From the NCBI GenBank assembly GCA_034780895.1, contig JAUZTB010000071.1, positions 14,088,276-14,152,275 of the forward strand: a stretch of DNA of 64,000 nt. The letters are read 5' to 3'. Source of the DNA: Rhynchobatus australiae. Its lineage: Eukaryota. Position 1 is the first letter of the stretch. Each line of letters opens with the position of its first letter. The position numbers and the translations under genes were made by a program. The notes under the pieces are model-generated. The model was not told the origin of the DNA. It saw only the letters and a list, made by a program, of their open reading frames with translations, and searched no databases. Shown in pieces: positions 14,651-25,950 of this stretch.

Positions 14651-15484
14651 TCATAAAAATATTTTGCACCATCAGGATTGGATTGGATGTCTAAAGCAGA
14701 TAGGCTCTCCTCGTTGAAAACAGAGGGAATCAAACATTCTTTACTAAAATCTACAGGTATGATGGCCAACTCTATATTCTTGGTGATTATGTATGTTTAC
14801 CTAACAACTTTCCAACCAGTGTTGCTTTGTTTGTCACATACATGTTTTATGGTATAGCGCATGTGAATCATCACTGAGAAAATAACAGGAGACCCCAAAC
14901 TGAAAACTAATCTTTGAGATAACGATTATAAACAAGATTCTTACAAGTCAATGCAACATTAATATACAGATGTTTGCACAACAAAATATGTCGAAGTTTG
15001 AAAGTAAGGAATATCTGTGCACTTGGCAGTGACAAGCCTTTGGATGTCCATCATATATTTACTAAAATATTCTGACAGATTTTACAAGGAAAGTTGCATA
15101 GAATGACTCAACAATAGAGCACCAAGTAACAGTTTTCTAAGGAAGCATATTGAAGAGAAGCAAGAATATGTAATGAGGTGGAGCCATGAATCAACTCGCT
15201 GCTTTCTTGGGGACGAATGAGACAGCTGAGAAATCCAGCTCTGTCTTAACCTGCTGAAGTCGCTTGCACAATGTGTGTATGTAGTGGGGTGAGATTTATA
15301 TAAGAAAGAAGCAGACAAACCAACCAATGTTCTTAAACCACATAGGCTATGACTTTATATCCCAGGTTATTTGTTATATGTACTTCTGAAGCAACAGATT
15401 CTAACGTATAATTACTAACAGTTTCTAATAGTTACCGCAGTGCAATTAGAGAGATTAAAAACCAAGTATTCCCCTTGCTGCTGA

Positions 15485-15706
15485 TCAATACATGTATCCT
15501 TTGTTATAGTGCTGTGAATTGATGCAGCCAGCATCTGGCATGTAGGTAGTATTCTCATCCAGATGTGACAGGGGTACAGTGTCCTCTTCGTTCACATGCC
15601 GATCAAATTCCGACTTCAACAGTGGCCGCTGATTGTCAGGGAATGCCAAGGAGAAGAGTGCTTCCGGTTCACAGACAAACTTGTACACATACCGCTCACC
15701 AGCCAC
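15485..15706 (-). CDS. ETV4: PEA3-family ETS factor, last coding exon (end of ETS domain plus C-terminal tail)
   Basis: Encodes VAGERYVYKFVCEPEALFSLAFPDNQRPLLKSEFDRHVNEEDTVPLSHLDENTTYMPDAGCINSQHYNKGYMY then TGA (222 nt). Acceptor is tttcag at 15707-15712. CEPEALFSLAF, EFDR and SHLDE are ETV4-type residues. Confidence 0.93.
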   Translation of the reverse strand: MAGERYVYKFVCEPEALFSLAFPDNQRPLLKSEFDRHVNEEDTVPLSHLDENTTYMPDAGCINSQHYNKGYMY

Positions 15707-17834
15707 CTGAAAACACCAAAGGCCATTGGAGTATGTGGGAGCAAATATCTCATCTATAAAAGGACACTTGCGATGTCTCACTTCACTGCTTGATTAGTGG
15801 TTCTAAATAATCACCTAATTTCTTTCCCTTCAAATTTCATTAATGGTTCTTGACAAAAAGATTTTTCCATCACTCCCTGCATCCATTTTTTATTTGTGAT
15901 TTTAGACATGGATTTTAATGGTAGCTTGATCATGGGAGAGGGCTCAAAACCTGCTCCTGTCCTCAGCCAACATTTACACACACCCAGAAGCTTCCTAGGA
16001 AGACCACTGGGTGATGGAGGAGTGAAAACCTGCTGATATCACACCTCACCAGCATGGAAATTCTAAATCATTTGTAGTGACAAAAGAGATCAGACAGAAG
16101 TCTAATCTTGCTCGATTCCGCATCAGGAAATGCCCATATTTCCCTGAAGTTTAGAGCAGAAAGGACCTCAACAATAGATTGAAATATTTGAAACTTGAGC
16201 TCAGTTCTTGAACTAGCAAATTAGTTGAAGAGCATTTTACCCTGACTTTTCACCATCACAAATCATTAATAATACAATTAGGAATGCATTCGATCCAGTT
16301 GCAGATAGATTGGAGTCCATAGTAAATGCAGGACAAAATATGTTTCCATCATATTAATAACCTTGTTCCAACTGCTAACAAATGTTATCACTCCCATAAT
16401 TAAGAAAAAACACATCTGTTATACTTTACCCTATCTGGCTTCTCACCATTGCCTATACCTGCTAATTTCTCTCCTTGTGCTCAATCAGGCAGTTGATGGG
16501 TATATCAGTCTTAAAACATGAAAGCACACATTGTAACCTACAATAGCTCACACAGTTTAGCCATGTAAAGATTTTTAGCTTCCTGATTGCAAAAACAATT
16601 GTGTTACAACTCTTGGACTTCAGAGGGTGTGAGAATTGGGAGGAACTGAAAATTGGCCAGGGTACTTATAGCAAACCAGCTTGATTAAAAGATGAGGCTT
16701 TATGCGACTTAACAAGGTGACATCATAAATAATGCAAATAAATCAGAGTGAAAAAAACAAAAACAAGGAGCATTAGAGCATGTGTTATTTTGACATTGAT
16801 TACATTTGCTGTTTATTTTTTCCCCAGTCAGACCAACCCTTGAGTGCATCAACCCCTCTGGCAAGTGTCAGAACTGCCAGATGGCCAGCCTAGGCCTGCA
16901 TAGAGATTTTAATGCTGACTTCACCATTCTGGCCCAACAAGACTGATCACTCTGCAAGCATGCATACACTGACAGATCAGCCAAACATTATGGGAGGTTA
17001 GACTTAAAGCTAGCTTGCTGGGCTACAAAGACAGTGCTCTCCTTTATGAATGAATTGGAGCCTGTCTATGATTGGGCTGCTGAGAACTGGAGATCAGTGA
17101 CCTGCAACAGAAGGCACTGCAGCCAGATGGAGAATGGTGGCAGGAGACCTCCAATGACAAGAGTGTCAGCTGGCTGGGGATAAACCATAAGACTCTGAGC
17201 TAGCTGTGGATGGGAGGGGAGGTGGGAGGAATCATTTAGAATAAAGTTATAGATAAACTATCTTCGTAAATATTTTATAGAACATATACAACAGGGAAGA
17301 AGGTCATTTGGCTCAAAACCAGTTCTATGTTGATGAGTATGCTCTCTCTGCCTCTCATCCCTCCTCAATGAATTCTATCCATATAGCTTTCAACTCTCAT
17401 CTACCGAGATTACCCTTAAATGCAGCAATACATTTCATCTTAATCTGTGGGTATGAGTTCCATTTTCTGGTCACTCACTGGGTAAGGACATATCTGACTT
17501 TTCAGTTCTTCCCACATGGAGCAACTGTCTGTGTCTACTTTGGCAAAATCTTAAAGGCCACTGTTTGGTCATCCCTGCCCCATTTCCTAGAGAACTCCAG
17601 CCTGTTCTTTCTTTCCTGATAGCAATAACCCAGTGGTTTGATAGCAATCTTGCAAATCTTACTCTGTAATCTCTCCAGAGCTTCCAAATATAAATTCTGT
17701 TTTTAAGGCTAGACAGCAGATCTTAAACAAATAACTAACAATGAAGAAAATTGATACTCAAAAATCTTGATGGAGATACAGATCTTATATTTCACTATTT
17801 AAGGTCCTTAATTTAATGAGTGAATTAAACTAAC

Positions 17835-17936
17835 CTTTTGCATGATGCCCTTCTCGTAATAGTAGCGAAGGGAACGGCTAAGTTTATCGTAGTTCATGGC
17901 AGGTCTGTTCTTTTGCATTCCCCAAAGTCTTGCCAC
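17835..17936 (-). CDS. ETV4: ETS-domain exon containing the DNA recognition helix
   Basis: 102 nt, phase 0/0, encodes [34 protein letters not shown]. Acceptor ttttacag, donor gttag. VARLWG matches ETV4, whereas ETV1 and ETV5 have VARRWG. Not present in the ORF track; translated by hand. Confidence 0.95.
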
Positions 17937-18239
17937 CTGTAAAAGTGAGGAAATTCTGGTTACAATGTGTTGACAAATAATAAATGACTCTGCTCTTTAT
18001 TATCAACTGTTCAGAGGGTATGTAAACTCAAGATATCATTATTATTTGGTCTTTTCTGCAGTGAAGTTTTATGAACTTAGAAGCCTGTAAAAGTTCAGGG
18101 GCATTAAACAAGATAACAAAGCAGACCAGTTGGGGCCTGCTAGTGACTATAGGAACTAAAGCATCTGCCTAAATTCACATAATACATCAGCAATTGGATG
18201 TAGACCTTTGAAACAATCATACAGTTGAAGAAAATAAAA

Positions 18240-18340
18240 GCACAAAATTGGAGCAACTCAGCAGGTTGGGCAGCATTCTTGAGGGGGGAGGGGTGCGGAG
18301 AAATTGATGACATTTCAGGTCAATACCCTGCATCAGGACT
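18240..18340 (-). mobile_element. Same hammerhead-bearing repeat family, inverted copy
   Basis: ggagcaactcagcaggttgggcagcat signature. Minus strand reads AGTC-CTGATGC-AGG..CCT-GAAA-TGTC. Confidence 0.55.
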
Positions 18341-18649
18341 ATGTCTCTATTAATAATGACCCTGATATACCCTTTCCACCTTTTTCCAACACTCTTTCTC
18401 TTACCACCAGTTGTATAATTTTACCCATGGCCTTCAACCTTGCCAAAAAAAGTCTCCAAAAATAGTACTGGCTAATACCAAAAATATACAATGCCCTCAG
18501 CAGAGAACCAATCACCAAAACAATGGTTGATGTTGCAATGCTGTACATCTCATAGGTGTACTGGAATTTTCCAGCAAGAAAAGGTTAATATATTCAAGAA
18601 GTGTGTGCATTCAACATCATTTTCAATCATTTCAACACATATATAGGGC

Positions 18650-18955
18650 CTCTCCTACCTGTTTCCTTCTTCTTCAGCCCTTTGCCTCTTTTACCTATCA
18701 CCTCTCAGCTTATTACATCTTCTCTCCCTCTCCCACCCACCTACCTTTCCCCTCCTCACCTGGACTCACCTATCACCTGGACTCACCTATCACCTGCCTG
18801 TGTGTGCTCCTCCCCCTGCCCTGACCTTCTTATTCTGGCTTCTGCCCTCTTCTTTTCCAGTCCTGATGAAGGGCCTCAGCCTGAAACGCCGACTGTTTAT
18901 TTCCCTCCATGGATGCTGCCTGACCTGCTGAGTTCCTCCAGCACTTTTTGTGTAT
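18650..18955 (+). mobile_element. Penelope-like element terminal repeat carrying a hammerhead motif
   Basis: Pyrimidine-rich body with a 17-nt tandem duplication (tcacctggactcaccta), then the hammerhead core, then the family signature gatgctgcctgacctgctgagttcctccagca. Confidence 0.6.
18858..18895 (+). ncRNA. Minimal type I hammerhead-ribozyme-like motif, probably inactivated
   Basis: CAGTC-CTGATGA-AGG(GCCTCAG)CCT-GAAA-CGCC-GACTG. Stem I (CAGTC/GACTG), stem II (AGG/CCT) and both core boxes are intact. The expected GTC cleavage triplet reads GCC. Confidence 0.6.
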
Positions 18956-19534
18956 TGTATTATATAGGAAGATGGCCTGATATATGGAAAACTAGTTACT
19001 CTCAGACAGATTGCACTGAAAGCTGCTCTATATTACATATTTTCCTACTAAAATGATGAGACTCTTAAAATCATATGTTTGCAAAATTGAAACGACTTTT
19101 AATTCTAATACTACTAACACCAGTAGCATTCAGATAGCTCCTATATTGGGTAAGTGAAGCTAACCATCTGTCATTGTCATGGGTGTCAATTACTGAAAAG
19201 GTTCACTGTCTTTTTAAGGGGATTTAACAAATGTTTTGCAATCATTACAATCCTGGTTATTCCATACTTGCTTCTCTTCCGTGCTTCTGTTCACTCTAGA
19301 TGTAATCGTGACCTAACTCCAACTATCAACCCTCCTGAACAGCATAGGCTGTGTGAATGAAGGCAACAGCATGGACCTGATGGGTGGAATACCTGTCGCT
19401 GCGGTGTAACATAGGAAGTAATGCTTCCATGTGGTGTAAATGGGAAATGGGAGTGGTTCTGCCAGTCTCTCACTGTGGTTTCAGCAGATGCCTAGAGTTC
19501 CATTCCTGCTTGGATCTGTTCATGGATGACTCAG

Positions 19535-19655
19535 AGTTCTGATGAAGAGTTCTTGACTTAAATATCTCTCTGTTCACAGATGCTGCCTGACCTGCAGAAT
19601 GTTTCCTGCCATTTTGCTTTAGATTTCCAGCATCAGCAGTATTTTGATTTTTAAT
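19535..19655 (+). mobile_element. Penelope-associated repeat, degenerate
   Basis: CTGATGA at 19539-19545, followed by gatgctgcctgacctgc and agatttccagcatc. Confidence 0.5.
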
Positions 19656-21419
19656 ATGCCAACGCTCCTTCAATAATATCTCCCAAAGCTGTAATTCAAA
19701 TGTTGCCCCTGTCCACACTCACACCAAGTCACGTTCACTCTTTCTCCCTGTTCTCCCAAACCCCACACAGGCTCCAACTTCAGCAATCCGTTGTTTATAA
19801 TCACCTGAGTATTCCTGCATCTCCATTTCAGGCTCCTCAAGCATTCCAGATTTCAAAAGCTCCTCCTTACCAAGACTCCAAGTTCTGAGTCTCTTTCCCA
19901 ATTTACGACATTCTTTGAAAACTTATCCTCTTCCAATATGTCTTAAATGGCTCAGGGTCACGTTTTGCGTGATGACACACATATGAAGCATCATTTAAAA
20001 GCTGCTATATAAATACAAGATCAAGTTGTTGCTGTCTATCAATACTTTTACCCTAAAAAATTATTATACCTACTCATTCCTAGAATCGGGAATTGCACAT
20101 GCAATGTTTTGCAATTACATTGATTCAAAATTGGTGTGAAACCAATCCCAGTATTTTAGGAATCAATGTCATATGCTCTCATTATTTCTGGAGCAATTTA
20201 ATTTTAATTTTTTACTGGATCCTGCACTGTATATTTTATGTATTGTATGGCTCTGGTAGGATTCACATTCAGACCTGAAGAAATGAGACAACCGTATTTT
20301 TTTAAACCATGTTATGAATGATAGATAGCTAGAAACTCTAATACACTATATGAGACCCACCCTATCCTTAAGCCCCAGTGGTTTACACTAATATATGCAC
20401 ACATTTATGTTGTAATTATATGATTCTAAGTGGCAGGAAAATCGGATTTTGGCACAGTGGCTGAATGAATCTGCCTAATTTAGGGTGTAACATTGTGATT
20501 CACATCTCAAAGAACTCTTTCCGATCCCTCCACCATAACTCCAGAGTTCTGCTGAAATTGCAGTGAAAGAGTGGTAGAACCAATCCCAGCTCTGCCCCTA
20601 TCTCCAATCCCCACCACATTACTCCCCTACTCACACAACATTGCACTATAGAGACAGGTCATTCCACTCGCCAGGTTGTCTTTTATCCACACAATCCTCA
20701 TCTTCTATTTAACCTCTATTCCTTTAAAATTAGTTTTCCATGCCTTTTAAAATCTTCATCTCATATGCAACATTCTCCTTGAAAAAGGTTTGTTTTCATT
20801 CTCTTTTTTAAATCCCTTCATGGCAATCTTACATTGTGCACTTAAAATTACCTAAGGCTTTACAGTGCAGAAACAGGTTATTTTACCAACACTGATGTTT
20901 ATGCTCCCGCCCTACTTCACTCTACCCTTCTGTTTCACTGTCAAGCAGCAATCCAACTCTGCCTTGAGTGTCATTTGTCTCAACTATTCCATACTGCATG
21001 GTGCTACACGTTCTTACCACTCTCTGAGTAAAGCTGTTTGTATCGAGCTCCTTACTGGATTTATAAAGTACTCTCTTACATTGATAGCCACTTAGATTGG
21101 AGTCTCCAATATGAGGAATGACCTTTCTAAACCCTTAACAATTTTACAAATTTCTTATTGGGTCACCTCTCAGTTTTCTCTTTCTCAAGCCTCAGCCACC
21201 TCGGCCTCTATTAACGGTTAGAGCCTGTCAAAACAACTATCCTCCTGGCATATTTGCTTTGCACTTTGTTCAGTGCTTTCACATCCTTTTCTAACATGGA
21301 GATCAGCACTGTGTACTGTACTCCTAACTGCAGTCTAACCAAGAGTCCTTAATTTTTTTGGACTTAAAATACGTAAATTTAGTTTTTCAAAAAACATATC
21401 CTTCCATGCTGACATCTCC

Positions 21420-21700
21420 CTAACCGACCGCTCAGCTAACATTCTTTTTGCTGGAACTATAATTCTCGAATTATGTAACGCAACCGCGGCGTACGTCACC
21501 TCAGAACTGTACATTAAAAGAACGCACTCATTGGCTGTGAGAGCCATCAATCACCGAATCGGTGCCGTATCATTGTCTACTGCGAGTGTCAATCATACTC
21601 CTAGCGTCTCATTAGTCGTTGGAGGAGTCACTCAAAGTGCAGCCTGGACTATGGCGCGCCCAGATCTCGAGAAGCTCAGAAGGCGGAAGTGTGTTACTCA
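21420..21700. promoter_or_regulatory. CpG-rich housekeeping-type promoter-like module inside the ETV4 intron
   Basis: Local CpG enrichment. Motifs: ZNF143/SBS-like GAACTATAATTCTC (21454), D-box TTATGTAAC (21471), CRE-like TACGTCA (21492), three ATTGG-like plus TCA(A/C)TCA units (21530-21634), ATGGCG YY1-like core (21651), TCTCGAGA (21665) and ETS/GABP CGGAAGTG (21684-21691). Confidence 0.6.
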
Positions 21701-22619
21701 CTAAAAACATATTAAAATAAATAAAAGTAAAGTTTCCAAAACATATTACTACAACCTAATCTATTTTTGCTAGAATCTAAGTCAATCTATACACCTTATA
21801 TGAATGGCAATGCTATTTCTATATTTAATGCAGGTTCAAGGGAATGTTGTCCTATAAATATATCTTGACGCAACTGTAGTGTTATGTAAAATATTGCACA
21901 CTGAACTCCTTCACACGTTATCTTTTAATGTGGCTCCATTTATAATGTCTTACTGTTTTTCAGATTCTTTCTATCTGGTGTCTTTATAAATTGAGAATCA
22001 ATAAACCGAAAAGTGTAATTTCGCTCCTCCATGTTTCAATCCGCGCAGACTGTGAAAAGGGGCAACGCTCTTGGCTTTTTACAGTTGTCCTACAATCTCA
22101 AAAAACGAACCCGACGATGCACCGTGCCAGTTTAATTGCTGACGATATATCGTGCCAGTTTAACCCCAAACCTCCCTAGCATTATTTGTAGGGAAATATA
22201 AATTAAGCAAACATATTGCGTGATCGGCAGTGGTCCAAATCCCACATTAATTAACATTAGTTGTTTTGCTGAAGTGTTTATGCTAAAAACGAAACTAAAA
22301 CTACAAAAAGCTTCGCGCAAAAGTTGGAAACACTTTTCGTTTTCCTTTTGCAGCGGGCCGGCTCGTGTTTTTTTAAAGGCACCAAAGTCTTCCATATCCC
22401 TTGCATCTAATTTTTTTTTTCCAAATCAAGTTTAATGCATTAGGAATCTTTGAGAAAACCCGCTCATTACCTCCAGATCCCCACTTCCAAATGAGTCCTG
22501 GGCTTTTTTTTCCAAAGTGGCTGACAGCGGGACGGTCACGTTGATGCAAGGGTAAAAAAACAGTCCAGAGGCAAACACAAGTCCCCCGTCCTGCCAGTTG
22601 CAGAATTAGATCGAAAGTA

Positions 22620-22840
22620 AAAGAAGAGGCCGGAAGACTGGAAATTCCCCCCTTGCGATTTGTTTTCGTGTTTGTTCCTCAGAATTTACAACATCGCCTG
22701 GGCGGGACCCGATCGCCGACTGCGGAAGTCTTTCGCAAACTTTCATTGGCCGCATCGTTTTCTCGGAAATTCATTTTCAGTTTTCACTTCCCTGTTCGCC
22801 CGGCAGCGAGCGAGTGAGTCAGTGTCCATGTCAGTTTCAG
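22620..22840. promoter_or_regulatory. CpG-rich NF-kB/STAT/IRF-type inducible promoter or enhancer module
   Basis: kB site GGAAATTCCCC (22640-22650), GC box (22700), ETS GCGGAAGT (22722), C/EBP-like TTTCGCAA (22731), ATTGG (22745), GAS TTCTCGGAA (22760-22768), IRF/ETS-IRF TTCATTTTCAGTTTTCACTTCC (22770-22791) and AP-1 TGAGTCA (22815-22821). Confidence 0.6.
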
Positions 22841-23619
22841 CTCCGCCGAGCTCAGCCACCTTGCGCCAGACTCAGCTGGGCGCAGTTGTCAAATATTGTG
22901 GACTCTTGCTATTGGATTGCTCCCTTAGAGGAAAAGAAAGTAACGTATACTTTCCTTGAAATAAATGTTTTAAGGAGACAGGGTTTAACGTTTTAGTTTC
23001 ATATGCTTTGCAGATTTTTTTAAAAAAATCAACAAACTACAGAACTCTGTTAAATTGAAATGTAAGTGGCGAATGGATGTGAAATGCATTCTTTGGCCCA
23101 GACTGACTTGTTAGCACAGAACAGGGCTTTTCTTAAAATAGAAACCCACCCGCATCAACTGTAGTTTTCTTGCGGCTCCTTGAACTGCTAACCGCGGACA
23201 CAGATTGGCTTCTTAAACGAAGGCCGGTGTCTCCGCGCGTCTGCGCCCCAGTGGAGCAAGGTTTCCAGCACCTCTTCACTCTAACGCAATTGTTTCTTGT
23301 TGCGTGCCATTTGCAAACTAATGAAGACTTCAGCAACAGATGCTGAATTCAGAACTCTGTCCCGCAGTCGCTGGTAACTTGCGATGCAGAACTAGGTACC
23401 GTTGCTGTGCCATTTCACCTACATCTCCACTGCACGCCTGTCCTGCTTCTTCGACTCTTTCGTGGGATGTGGGTAGCACTCGCAAGGTCCATTGCCTATT
23501 CCAGAATGGCCCTTTGAAGGGAAGTACATTGCTAGACCATCCGATGGAAGAGATACAAGTCATCAACAGTCTTATGGGGACAGAATATTGCAAAGCCCAG
23601 AGCAAGGATGCGGGTAATA

Positions 23620-23820
23620 CTGGAGAAACAAAGGACTGCAGATGCCGGGATCCGGATGAAAAAGACGATGATGCTGGAGGAACTCAGCAGGCCGGGCAGC
23701 ATCCGGGGAGGAAAGCAGGTGGTCAACGTTTCGGATCAGGTTTTGACCTGAGACGTTGACCGCTTGCTTTTCTCCACGGATGCTGCCTGGCCTACTGAGT
23801 TCCTCCAGCATCATCGTGTT
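23620..23820. repeat. Fold-back (palindromic) copy of the Penelope-associated repeat
   Basis: 74-nt arms at 23665-23738 and 23744-23817 are reverse complements with about 9 differences by hand alignment, around a 5-nt loop. Confidence 0.85.
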
Positions 23821-24339
23821 TCGCAAGGACCTCCCTTCCCAAAGGGCTTTAGTGGATCTTTTGTGAGAAGATCCAATGGTTACATGTTCATCGTTACCAA
23901 TACTAGCTTTTATTTGTTTGCATGAAATTAATTGAATTGCAATTCCCTAGCTGTGGGAATTTGAACTCAAGTCTCCAGGCCATTAATCCAGCCTCAATGT
24001 GTTCATGGAGGCAGAAGGCATGGCTGGGATACTTTACAGCAGAACAAAGACGCTGCAGGAGTCTTGGCGAGAGATATATAATTGAGACTGTGAATGGATT
24101 AAAAATTGCTAAAGGGAAGATACTGTAAAGGATAGTCACATGGCTCAGGAGGATACATTCCAGGTTGCTGAGAGACATGATGGAGGAAATTGGGCCAGGC
24201 CATAATCTTCCACCCATCAGTCTGAGAATTGCAACATTGTAATTGTTACCTGAGAAACTTCCAGAAACAATAATGAGCAACAGCATTAGCTATCACATGG
24301 ACAGGCGTGGATTGATTAGAGAAAGCTGGTGTGGCTCTG

Positions 24340-24640
24340 TGTCATGGAGTCAAACAGCGAGTCTGTGCCAACCATTAAGCACCCATTTACACTAATCCTA
24401 CACTAGCCCCATTTTATTCTCCCTACACCCTATCTGTTCCTCCCAGATTCTTCCACTCACCTACACACCAGGGACAATTTACAGTAGTCAATTAACCAAC
24501 CAGAAAGTCTTTGGAACGTGGGAAGAAACTGGAGTGCCCAAAGACAACTTCGCCGTCACCAGAAAACCGTACAAACTCCACATAGACAGTGCGGGAGGTC
24601 AGAACTGAACCTGTGTCACAGGAGCTCAGAGGCAGCAGCC
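24340..24640 (-). mobile_element. V-SINE-like element
   Basis: gtctttggaacgtgggaagaaactggag ... acaaactccacatagacag ... gaactgaacc, the reverse complement of the V-domain and B-box. Confidence 0.7.
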
Positions 24641-25604
24641 ATGTCACTGACCCACCTCGTTAAAGGCAAAGTCTGCCCAGCTAACGACGGAGTTCTTGAT
24701 GACATGTCAATGAGGGAAATGCAGTTGCTGTCGCATAAATGGGCTGTCCAAGACACTTTTGATAAGATTCCATATAATAGACGTCATCAAGATTGAAGAC
24801 CATCAAATAAAAGGGACTGTAACATCATACTTAGAAAATCGGCTAAGTGGCAGGACAGAGAGTGGCAGTGATCGGGATCCGGGTCTCATATCAGATGGAA
24901 GTGCAGAGTTTCCCAAGCAGTATGTGTCAGCTGTGCTTCTCTTGTGCTGTATCACTCTACGACCCGAAACATCAGCTATCCCTTTCCCTCCACAGATGCT
25001 GCTTAGCCCACTGAGTTCCTCCAGCAGTTTGTATTTTGTCCCAGATCGCAGGGAAGTGGGAGTGGCTGTGTTGCTCAGATACAGCCAGGCCAGACTAAAT
25101 GGGCCAAACTGCAATCTCATTGAACCCTACAAAATTCTTAAGTGTCTAGATACATAGTTGGTATTGATATTAGTATTGGTTTATTATTGTCATATGTACC
25201 AAGATACAGTGAAAAACTTGGTTTTGCAAGCCATCCATACAGATCATTTCAAAACATAATAACTTCAAGGTAGTACAGGGTAAAAGCAATAATAGAATGG
25301 AGAATATAATGTTACAGTTACAGTTGATATTTCCCCTGAACTAGGGCTCCCAGAACCAAGGGTGTCTATCTCAAAACAAGGTCAGTCACTCAGGTGAGAA
25401 TACATGGTGTTTCTTTGGAATTTGCTACACTATGAAGTTTGTGGAATATATCCAAGAAAGAGATCGATACATATTATTAAGGGAATCAAGGAAATCAGCT
25501 GAATCCTGCCACAGACTGAACGTGCCGATTTCCCAGCGTAAGAGCTCTAATTTGGAGGACCTATGCCCAGACTGGGGAAGGACAACAGCTTCTCTTAAAT
25601 GAAA

Positions 25605-25950
25605 AAAAACTTGCATTTATATAGCACCTTTAAAACCTCAAATATCCCATAAAGCTTAAAAGACAATGTAGCCCCTGTTTTGAAGAGGAATCATTTGTTT
25701 AATCCAGGAATCGTAACAGTCAATGTGTACACCAAAAACTTCAACTAACAGCAATGTGACAATAATGCAAAAATCTATTTATGTGGCATTGATTGAAGAA
25801 TAAATATGGGTGAGCACAATGGAGATAATTCCCGGGCTCTTCTCTGTAGTGCCTTGGGATCACTAAGCTGAAATGAGAGGGCAGTTAGGGCCTTTGTCTC
25901 AATCAGTCATGCAAGCAACAATACCTCCAGTAGTGTAGAACCCCCTCTGC
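25605..25950 (-). mobile_element. DeuSINE-like element
   Basis: aacttgcatttatatagcacc tail, then gctcttctctgtagtgccttgggatc..gagagggcag, the reverse of the Deu domain. Confidence 0.5.

Noticed and set aside
1-15000. Expected convergent neighbour gene (DHX8 in mammals) downstream of ETV4
   Set aside because: No DEAH-helicase or other recognisable coding exon was seen by eye.
12250-15484. ETV4 3' UTR end and poly(A) site (minus-strand AATAAA at 14273-14278, ATTAAA near 12260)
   Set aside because: Several candidates exist in AT-rich DNA, and I cannot choose among them without transcript data.
22660-22959. 99-aa ORF (internal MSVSAPPSS...) with a possible donor at 22940
   Set aside because: It overlaps the motif cluster, has no homology I can recognise, has a weak donor and has no compatible downstream exon.
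23340-23826. 139-aa ORF and overlapping ORFs near the CpG region
   Set aside because: No recognisable domain, and the 3' half is the fold-back repeat.
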